This document shows, one piece after another, positions 6,403 through 14,400 of a DNA stretch of 26,994 nt (positions are counted from its first letter, which is position 1; each line of letters opens with the position of its first letter). Both the position numbers and the translations under genes were made by a program. The stretch covers positions 1-26,994 of IMG/VR virus record IMGVR_UViG_3300037470_000016, one strand, 5' to 3'. Below the pieces are notes generated by a model. That model saw nothing but the letters and a program-made list of their open reading frames with translations, was not told where the DNA came from and did no database searches. Origin of the DNA: a virus. Lineage: Duplodnaviria > Caudoviricetes.

Positions 6403-6475
6403 CTGCTCCCCCAGGATTCGAACCCAGAACAAGTGGTTCAGAGCCACTCATGTTACCAAATTACACCAAGGAGCA
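6403..6475 (-). tRNA. tRNA-Gln(CUG)
   Basis: TGCTCCT/GGGAGCA, AGTGG-CTCTGAA-CCACT, U1-A72, G73. Confidence 0.92.
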
Positions 6476-6480
6476 TCGAG

Positions 6481-6551
6481 CACATCGCCAAGGAATCGAA
6501 CCCTGTCCAAGAGGTTTGGAAGCTCTTGTGCTGCCAGTACACCAGCAATGT
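6481..6551 (-). tRNA. tRNA-Trp(CCA)
   Basis: ACATTGC/GCGATGT, G73, loop TTCCAAA; C31-C39 mismatch. Confidence 0.85.
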
Positions 6552-6552
6552 A

Positions 6553-6623
6553 TGGCTGGACTGGGATTCGAACCCAGGTTTCCGAGTTATGAGCACGGCG
6601 TGGAACCTCTCCACTATCCAGCA
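6553..6623 (-). tRNA. tRNA-Met(CAU), initiator-like
   Basis: U1-C72 mismatch, G2-C71, C3-G70, A73; CCGTG-CTCATAA-CTCGG. Confidence 0.85.
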
Positions 6624-6624
6624 G

Positions 6625-6695
6625 AGCCCCACCTCGGGTTCGAACCGAGGAGCCTAGTTTGGAAGACTAGTATGTTACCACTACATCAGTGGGGC
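6625..6695 (-). tRNA. tRNA-Gly(UCC)
   Basis: GCCCCAC/GTGGGGC, U73, CTAGT-CTTCCAA-ACTAG. Confidence 0.92.
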
Positions 6696-6702
6696 AAGTC
6701 GC

Positions 6703-6774
6703 GTACGGCGGGTTGCCAGCACCCTCCATGGTCTAATCTAGACCAGCCAGGAATCGAACCTGGTATCTCCGTAC
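6703..6774 (-). ncRNA. Circularly permuted tRNA-like RNA (Y RNA YrlA-like tRNA-mimic module)
   Basis: GTACGG-AGATA-CCAGG(TTCGATT)CCTGG-CTGGTCTA(GAT)TAGACCATG-GA-GGGT(GCTGGCA)ACCC-G-CCGTAC: T arm, closed acceptor stem, D arm, open anticodon stem. Confidence 0.7.
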
Positions 6775-6777
6775 TCG

Positions 6778-6848
6778 TGCGGAAGGCAGGAATCGAACCC
6801 GCGTTGCCTGTTCCCAAAACAGGTGTGATGCCATTTCACTACATCCAC
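6778..6848 (-). tRNA. tRNA-Pro(UGG)
   Basis: CCTGT-TTTGGGA-ACAGG, GTGGATG/CTTCCGC, A73. Confidence 0.88.
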
Positions 6849-6854
6849 TTGAGT

Positions 6855-6885
6855 GTGACAGCCGTACTTGCGTACGGCTGGTCAC
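6855..6885 (-). other. GNRA-capped hairpin at the head of the tRNA cluster
   Basis: GTGAC-C-AGCCGTAC-GCAA-GTACGGCT-GTCAC. Confidence 0.65.
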
Positions 6886-6895
6886 GTCTCCTATA

Positions 6896-7996
6896 TTACC
6901 TTGCTCCTCCGGCCTGCGCAAGTCCACCACGCGCGCCCCCAGTAGCTCCGCTGAAGGATCCCTTCTCGCGGCCTACCAGCTTGTCACGCTGCTGACTTCC
7001 AGCAGCACCACCTACGAAGGCATCTTCCTCAGCCTGGCGCTGAGACCATCCACCTCCATAGATCTGACCGAGGGTTCCGAGATCGGAGAACTCGTCAGCA
7101 ATCTTGGCGTAACCCTGAGCAGCCTGCTCTCGCGAGACTCCCATGGTAGCAAGATCCTGAGCGTACGACTGATCGAATGCCAGTCCACGCTGAAGAGCCT
7201 CAGCTCCGACCGCCGCAGTAGCGGCGCTCCTCTGAAGGATGGGAAGTGCCCTCTCCTGGTCAAGGAAGTAGGCTGCAAGTTCACCCTGAGACAGCCCCAT
7301 CTGTGCAAGCGCTGCCTTGAACGACGGATTGGCCAGAGCAGTTGCCTGAGTAGCCAGATCCACTCGACCCTGAAGCTCCGTCGGACTCATGTCTCCAGAG
7401 ATCCAACTGGTGAAGTCCTCGTTCGTGTCGTAGAAGCCTTCCGGAAGTCCCGACTGCCTCATGATCTGACGATAGCTGTTCTCCACTGAGATGTACTCGG
7501 CTGGAGAGAGAACAGACATGCCTGCACTGATGCGTGCCTGATTGGCGGAGAACCTCTTCTTGTACTCCGGCGTATCCTGGAGCAGAATGGAGATGGTATC
7601 TGCACCATAGCCGTTCTTCACGAACTCGTAGATCTTACCGGCAAGGCTGCCGAGACCGTACTGCGAGAACAGTGAGTTCAGCGCCATGTACGCGTCACGG
7701 TTGTTCCCAGTCAGGAGCTTGTCGTACTGCCCGGTCGACTGGTAGTACTTGCCCTGAATGGTGGTGAACTTGGCGGTAGCCGTCTTCACCTGATTGGTCA
7801 GCCGGGTCTTGGATCCCTGAGCAGCGGCCAGGAGCCGCTTGCTCTTGGCATCCTTCTTCCCGGTGTACCTCTTGATCTGAGCGTTGATCCCAGCCAGAGC
7901 CTTCTGGGCCTGCTTCATCTGAGCTTCTGCGGCCTTCAGCTGAAGCTGAAGCGCCGTACCGGGGTCAACGTTCCCCACTGGATTGCTGATGGCCAC
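6896..7996 (-). CDS. Putative internal virion (ejection) protein with N-terminal coiled coil
   Basis: 366 aa, Ala/Gln/Gly-rich and helical; AAGGAG RBS; lies in the ejection-protein block. Confidence 0.65.
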   Translation of the reverse strand: MAISNPVGNVDPGTALQLQLKAAEAQMKQAQKALAGINAQIKRYTGKKDAKSKRLLAAAQGSKTRLTNQVKTATAKFTTIQGKYYQSTGQYDKLLTGNNRDAYMALNSLFSQYGLGSLAGKIYEFVKNGYGADTISILLQDTPEYKKRFSANQARISAGMSVLSPAEYISVENSYRQIMRQSGLPEGFYDTNEDFTSWISGDMSPTELQGRVDLATQATALANPSFKAALAQMGLSQGELAAYFLDQERALPILQRSAATAAVGAEALQRGLAFDQSYAQDLATMGVSREQAAQGYAKIADEFSDLGTLGQIYGGGWSQRQAEEDAFVGGAAGSQQRDKLVGREKGSFSGATGGARGGLAQAGGAR

Positions 7997-8005
7997 CGAT
8001 ACTCC

Positions 8006-9310
8006 TTAGTGCTTGAACCCGAAGTCTGCCAGGACCTGATGGCCCACCTGGAACAGACTGTCCTGAGCGTTCTTCGTCTTCTTCCAGCGAGGATCTGCTC
8101 GCAGTTCGTTCTCGAACTGCCAGAGAGGCTTGGCCTCCTTCTGGAGCGTGCCTGGATTGGTGTAACTGAGCGCCTTCTTGATGGTTGAGTCGAAGAGATT
8201 GACGCTGCCCGAAGGCAGCTCAAGAACCTGAGACATGGACTGCATGTACGGCTGAGCGATATCGGCCACGGACTGGCCTGCCTCGATCTGCTTGTTCCAC
8301 TGAGGGAATGCAGCCTTCGCCTTGTTCATGATCTCAGACTTGTAGTCCTGAAGAGTGGCCTTGCCTCGCAGGACATTCCTCGCCCTTGCGGTGTACCAGC
8401 TGTCGGCGAGGTTGACGCCCATGCTGTATGCATACTGGCGCATCTCGTTGATAGCCTCTCCGCCCTCGCCCTGAAGCATCTCCTTGGGGAAGGAGACGTA
8501 GGAACCTAGGTAGTAACGAAGCTGGCCTTCATCCCAACCCCTGGCGACCATGGCGTAAGTCGCGGCATCGATGTACTTCCTGACGCTGCCGTTAACCTCC
8601 ATGCCCATCTGACTTGCCAGCTGAATGACCTTGGTCCTGGCCTGCTGGTACGCCTGCTTGGCGGTGGCCGGATCGGTGAAGCGCAGGACTAGGTAGTCCC
8701 GCTCATCCTTGTTGTGAGTCTTCCACCACTTGGTATTGCGCAGCTTGGCCTGGAACTTCTCCTTGGCCCACGTCCCTGCAACCATCTGCTTGAAGAGGTC
8801 CTTGATCTCCGGGTTGGCGTTCAGGAAGGACGAGGTGAAGCCATACTGCTCGGCAAGCTCTTCCTCTGATAGCTTAGGTGCCACGACACTCCCTGTGGAG
8901 AAGTTGGACTGAGAGCCGCCGGTCGGATATCCGGCAGCATTGTTCATGACGTCGTCTACGTACTTCTTGATGGACGGACCTCCCTGCTGGGAGGCCGTAC
9001 TCATGTGCAGATTGGCAGATCCAGGACCACCGTACCAGGCTGCTGCGGCGCCTCGGGCGCCGTACTTGTTCCAGTACGACTGAAGCTTACCCCTCGCCAC
9101 CGCATCCTGCGCTGCGTGATTGTTCAGGAACTGCTGAGTGGTGAGAGACTTACCGTAGTACGCCTTGGTCCAGCCCGGGATGTTGGATTCGAGGACCTGA
9201 TACTTCCCGTAGGCGCGACCGTAGGATGTCATCACACCCTTGGCGTTGTAGTCACCGCCCGACTCCTGCTGCACGATGGCAGAGAAGAACTGCTGGAAGG
9301 TGATAGCCAC
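8006..9310 (-). CDS. Virion-associated lytic transglycosylase/lysozyme-like domain plus internal-virion domain
   Basis: AIVQQESGGDY...AYGKYQV...AAAAWYGGPG SLT-like motifs at the N-terminus. Confidence 0.8.
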   Translation of the reverse strand: MAITFQQFFSAIVQQESGGDYNAKGVMTSYGRAYGKYQVLESNIPGWTKAYYGKSLTTQQFLNNHAAQDAVARGKLQSYWNKYGARGAAAAWYGGPGSANLHMSTASQQGGPSIKKYVDDVMNNAAGYPTGGSQSNFSTGSVVAPKLSEEELAEQYGFTSSFLNANPEIKDLFKQMVAGTWAKEKFQAKLRNTKWWKTHNKDERDYLVLRFTDPATAKQAYQQARTKVIQLASQMGMEVNGSVRKYIDAATYAMVARGWDEGQLRYYLGSYVSFPKEMLQGEGGEAINEMRQYAYSMGVNLADSWYTARARNVLRGKATLQDYKSEIMNKAKAAFPQWNKQIEAGQSVADIAQPYMQSMSQVLELPSGSVNLFDSTIKKALSYTNPGTLQKEAKPLWQFENELRADPRWKKTKNAQDSLFQVGHQVLADFGFKH

Positions 9311-10615
9311 TTACCCTCCGATCATCCCGAAATCCTGAAGTACCTTCAGTCCAGTAGACATCATGTTGTCCTGAGCCTTGCTGGACCTGACCCATCGGGG
9401 GTCATTCCTCACCTGGTTCTGGAACGTTACCGTATCCATTCCGACAGGCTTGCCCTGCTGATTCACACCATTCAGGGCCCGCTTGATGAGCGGGTCCGAG
9501 AGCGTGATATTGGAGAAGGGAATCTCCAGATCATCAGCCATCTGCTGCATGTATGGCGAAGCGATATCCATCATCGTCTGGCCAGCCTGTAGCTGAGCGG
9601 CGTAACCAGGGTACGTGCTGACCGCCTGGTTGGTGATCTGGTTCTTGAAGTCCTGCTCCGTAGCCATGCCGCGACCGATCAGCTGAGCCTGGTTCTTCAC
9701 GGTCTGCTTGTCCAGGGTGACGCCCTGAGTGAATGCGAACTGCTTGATCATGTGCTCATACTGTCCAGCCTGACCATTCAGTGTCGAGCCGTTCCCCTGG
9801 AAGGTAATGTAACCACCAAGGACATTCCTGAGCCCGGCCTCATCGAGGCCGGTCTTCAGTACCTGCTCAGCAATCTTTCCGATCTTGCCCTGGGGGATCG
9901 CTGCACCCATCTCTGCCGAGAGCTGCATGACCTGGACCTTGGCTGCGGAGAGCTTCGCCTCCCATGTTGCGGGGTCAGTGGACTTCTCTTGCGCAGCCTT
10001 GCGCATGGTGTCGGAGTTCTCCTTCCACCACTTGGTGTTCCGAAGTTCAGCCTGGAACTTCTCCTTGGTCCATGTCTCACCAACATAGCTGCCGAACAGA
10101 GTCTTCAGCTCTGGGATGGAGTTGAGGAAGGAGTAGGCAAAGCCGTAACTGGCGGCCAGCTCCTCGGGGCTCAGGGACGGGGCTTCAGTGTCCGTAGTGC
10201 TCCACGAGTCGGCCTTGCCTCCACCCTCAATACCGCTGACACGACGACCACCCATGAAGGCGTTCTGGTAGTAGCCATTCGTCATGTCCGTGATCTCGAC
10301 ACTCTTGCCAGGCCTTGGTGCATGGAGCATCTTACCGTTACCGAGATAGAGCCCGACATGGTCAGGCCCTCCCGTCTCAGGATTGGTATCGAAGAACACC
10401 ATATCGCCAGACTGAAGCTGGTTCATGCCGACAGACTTGCCCTCACCGATCTGACTGTAAGTCGTCCTGGTGACGTTGATGCCGAAATGCTTGTAGACCT
10501 GCTGGACAAGGCCGGAGCAGTCCACTCCGCTGGAGAGGGAGTTGCCTCCCCACACGTAGGGAGTTCCGGCCCACTGCTTGGCCCACTCCATCAGTTCTGC
10601 TCCGTTGACTGCCAT
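9311..10615 (-). CDS. Virion-associated NlpC/P60 peptidase domain plus internal-virion domain
   Basis: GTPYVWGG...GVDCSGL...DHVGLYLGNGKMLHA. Confidence 0.9.
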   Translation of the reverse strand: MAVNGAELMEWAKQWAGTPYVWGGNSLSSGVDCSGLVQQVYKHFGINVTRTTYSQIGEGKSVGMNQLQSGDMVFFDTNPETGGPDHVGLYLGNGKMLHAPRPGKSVEITDMTNGYYQNAFMGGRRVSGIEGGGKADSWSTTDTEAPSLSPEELAASYGFAYSFLNSIPELKTLFGSYVGETWTKEKFQAELRNTKWWKENSDTMRKAAQEKSTDPATWEAKLSAAKVQVMQLSAEMGAAIPQGKIGKIAEQVLKTGLDEAGLRNVLGGYITFQGNGSTLNGQAGQYEHMIKQFAFTQGVTLDKQTVKNQAQLIGRGMATEQDFKNQITNQAVSTYPGYAAQLQAGQTMMDIASPYMQQMADDLEIPFSNITLSDPLIKRALNGVNQQGKPVGMDTVTFQNQVRNDPRWVRSSKAQDNMMSTGLKVLQDFGMIGG

Positions 10616-11445
10616 TATCCTCCGTCCACCATTTCCATGAGCCAGTTCATTCCGTTGGTTGCTGCCTGGTAGGCGCCGTACTCCGGATCAGCCTTGACGT
10701 CCTCCATGGCCATCAGGGAACGTGCGGAGTCCTTGACTCCGCCAGTAGTCGTGCTGGTCTGTCCAGTCACCTCGTCACCCATGTAGTTCGTGGTGGCAGT
10801 GGTGACCGTTGGGTTGGCCTTCTCGTATGCATTGACTGCACGCCGGAAGGTGGCAACCTCGGACTTGGTAGGGTCCCTACCCAGCAGGGACTGCGCAGCC
10901 TGCATGAAGATGGCGTGCGCGTCCTGCTGGGTGGACATGTCGTAGCTGGTGCTGGTCTGGGTGACAGAGCGGGGAGTCTTGGACTCCGACTCCCGCTGAG
11001 CCCTATCCTTGGCCAGGATGTCCCACGGAGTGAGACGCTGGCCTCGACCTGCCTTGTAGTACGCCGCCGCCTGCTCGGCGTACGTTCCCCACATCTGAGC
11101 GATGTCACCATCCTTCATCTTGGTGACGTCATACCCAGCGAGACCGAGCTGAGTGAGGAACTTGTTCTTCGTCTTCGCGTCCCAGTCGTAGTACTGATCC
11201 GCCACCTCGCTGAGCGAGGTGGCCTTGTCGTACTGACCTGGCGTGGCGAACCGCATCTCGCCCATCAGGGTGTCGTTCTGTCCCAGATAGACGAGAGGGT
11301 CCTTAGTGCCACCGGAGGAAGAAGATGGCTGAGCGAGAGAGGCGAAGTCTGACAGGATGTCGTCCTTCGTCCTCTTGGCGGAGCCAGTGATCTCATCCTT
11401 GGCGGCGATGCCACCGGCTCCGAGCTGACCGATTCCGTCAGCCAT
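10615..11445 (-). CDS. Putative internal virion protein
   Basis: 276 aa; one-base start/stop overlaps on both sides. Confidence 0.65.
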   Translation of the reverse strand: MADGIGQLGAGGIAAKDEITGSAKRTKDDILSDFASLAQPSSSSGGTKDPLVYLGQNDTLMGEMRFATPGQYDKATSLSEVADQYYDWDAKTKNKFLTQLGLAGYDVTKMKDGDIAQMWGTYAEQAAAYYKAGRGQRLTPWDILAKDRAQRESESKTPRSVTQTSTSYDMSTQQDAHAIFMQAAQSLLGRDPTKSEVATFRRAVNAYEKANPTVTTATTNYMGDEVTGQTSTTTGGVKDSARSLMAMEDVKADPEYGAYQAATNGMNWLMEMVDGG

Positions 11446-14400
11446 CAGCTTCCTCCTTGTGCGAGGGTGTCAGTGATATCAACCTGGACGGGGGCGGCCT
11501 CTTGGCCGACCACCGTCGCGTCGGACTGTTCGAGCCTCTCCTGATCCTCCGCGCTGTAGTGAGTGTTCATGTTGAATCCCATGTCAGTGGCGAAGTACCT
11601 GGAGTGAACCCATGCGAACCTGGTGTCAGACTCGATGAGACTCATGGTCAGCTTGTCCCACCAGTTCTTAAGGTCGTAGTTCGCGTTAGCGGTGATGTCG
11701 TCAGACCCGCCATTCATCTTGCGAATGACGAGAGCCTGCTGCATGTCCTTGCGGTACGACAGGTAACCCTTCAGGGTGTAGATGTCAGAACGCTGTCCGA
11801 TGGTGCCGTCAGGCATCATGGACTTGGCCCACAGCTCAGGATCGTCTACGACCTCCTGAAGCTCAAGCGCGGTGCGATCGTACTTACCCTTATCGAGGGA
11901 GCTGAACTCAGCCTCCCAGGACTTGTTGTAGTACGGATTCTTCGTACCGTCAGGCAGGTAGATGGACGTCAGAACCATGTTGATGGCCTGCCGCTTCGCC
12001 TTCAGATCCTCGGCTCCATCGTCGTCGAAGGTCTGAAGTCCACGGTCGAACAGTGCGGCATTGACTCCCTCCATCATGGAGTTGTAGTCACGCCATCCGC
12101 GAGCAGTCTGTGCCTCCGTCCATGCCTCCTGTGCGCCCATCTGGGTGCGCTGAGTGTCGGTGGACGCAGTGCCGGTAGAGTGCGTCTTCTGGTAGAAGTA
12201 TGCACCCTCCGAGTAGGTTCCGTCACCCTCGGATCCAACGATCAGGCCAGCATACTTGCTGCCGACCTTGTCGATCAGATCCTTGTAGTACTTGGACATC
12301 TTCACGGACTCGGCAGTGGGCCTTAGCCCACTGTTGTTCTTGCTCATGGACTGAGAGAACATGTAGAACGACTCGCCGTACTTGTCGTAGAACTTCTCGT
12401 CAGCACTGTTGGGGTCGAGCTTCTGCATGCGCTGGAACTCGTCACGGAAGAACTGGTAAGGGTCCTGCCCGTTGACAGAGAACGGCAGCGACCAAGCTGC
12501 CGCAGTCCTGAAGATGGTCCAGCGGTCTGCCCGCTCCTTCAGTTCCTTCCAGGTGGGCTCGGTGGTCCTGAGACCCTGCTCCCACTTGTAGTTCTCCACC
12601 TGCATCATGTAGAGCAGTGCACGCTGCTTGGTCTCACCCATGTCATCGGTTGCATCGCCGAGGCGCTTGCCGGTATTGGGGTTGACGAAGTCGGTCCAGC
12701 TGTCCTGTGGTCCGAACGGAAGTACACCGAGCTTCTTGCTCCAGTCGGCGAACTTGGGATCGTCCTGAGCGAAGTGGTTGGCAGAGATCTGAACGTACGG
12801 ACCTACACCAACAGGAAGCGCGCCGTCTCCATGGTTGAGCACCAGCTCTACGCTGGACATGGGAACAGTCAGCGCAGCATCCTCATCCAGGCCAAGCTCC
12901 TTGTTCAGGGCCTTGCCTCCCAGATACTCTGGGATCTGGATGAGCATCTTCCGCTCAGAGTACTTGATGAGCTTCTTCTCGCCAGTGGCTGGATCAGTCA
13001 CGTGGCCGGACGCGTCAACAGTGTTGCCGTCCTGATCCACCGTAATGCCTGCCCTAGTGGGCATGCCGTACGTCTGAGCCACTCGTGCAAGCACGTCAGG
13101 CTTGTCGGAGATGATACGTCCCCAGCGGTTCCACGACTCCTGCTGCGCTCCGAAGAATGCACCGAAGTGACGCATCATGTACGCCATCTTCGTCTCGTGA
13201 TCCATGGTGAACGTGAACTTCTTCACGTCATCAAGAGCGCCCTTGCGGGCGTTCTTCTCAAGGATCTTCCTGGTGGACTCGTCCACGTGGGTGACACCCT
13301 GAGACCTCATGATCTGCATCTGCTGAGACAGATGAGCCTTGTAGCTCTGACCGAACAGCGGATTACGCAGGAGCTTGGTTGCCGGGATCTGGTTGGCGAT
13401 GTTGTACCAACCGTTGATCGACTTGTCCAGCAGCTTCGAGACTGCACTCTCTCCAGTCGCGTAGCGGAATGCCTCGGCATTGACCATCGGGCGGTTGGCC
13501 TGAGGGATTGCCTTCAGCGTCTCAGGATCCAGCTTGCCCTGAAGTACGGACGCCCTGACGGCGTCCATTCCTGGCATTGCCGGGTCCAGCACATAGTCCA
13601 CCTGAGCCTTCACTCGCTGAGCAAGTTCATAGTCAGGCATGTGCTTGAGACCGATGTCAGTCCTGTAGCGAAGCCCCTCTGGGGTGCTTCGCATCCAGTT
13701 GACCAGCTGACCCTCATCGAGACCCTCAAGGACCTTACGGCCAACACTGCTCTGGCCGATCTGATCGTTGAGCAGACGAGTCCACGCCTCCATGTGCTTG
13801 TCTGCTCCATGGCTGGCTGGAGTGATGTTCTCCCAGTCTGCACGTCGCATCCTCTTGAGGTACCAGTCGGACTGAGATCCCATGAGGTTCTGGAAGTTCC
13901 TCTGGCCTGCTGCAAGGTCCTTGTACAGCTCTCCCTGCTTGCCTCCGTAGGCTGGAGCGAATACCTCTCGCCCAACCTTCACGTCACGAGTCTGGGCGCC
14001 GTAAGCGACCAGCGATCCGTAGTCGGCATGAGTCTGCCTGGCTGCTGCGATGTCGTCAGTGAGATCCTTCAGGCCATCCTCAAGGGTCTGGATCTTGTGT
14101 GGGTTCTGGCCGAGAGCCTTCTCCCTCAGTAGATCATTCCTGATCTCGGTGTGGACAACAGACATCTCGTCGATGTGCTGAGCCAGCGCCCCCTCGGTCT
14201 GCCTTGCGGCAGCCACGGAGTCGCTTGCCCACTTGCCACGGATGAAGTCCTCCATCATGACCTTGCCGCCACTGGCTGCACGCTGCATCATGGCCAGTCC
14301 GCCGAAGCGTGCTACCTGGCCAAGGAAGTCATCGGCAAGTGCCCTTGGGGCGTAGCCGAGACGGAACAGCTGAGCGAACTTCCAAGTGGTGGACAGGGTG

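Noticed and set aside
6481-6551. Reading as tRNA-Gly(UCC)
   Set aside because: Stem pairing centres CCA, and A1-U72/G73 fit Trp.
4595-6995. ORFs overlapping the tRNA cluster (4595..4810, 5795..5995, 6159..6995, 6212..6451 and others)
   Set aside because: The sequence is explained by tRNA genes; recurring GIEP/GFEP/GSNP peptides are translated T-loops.
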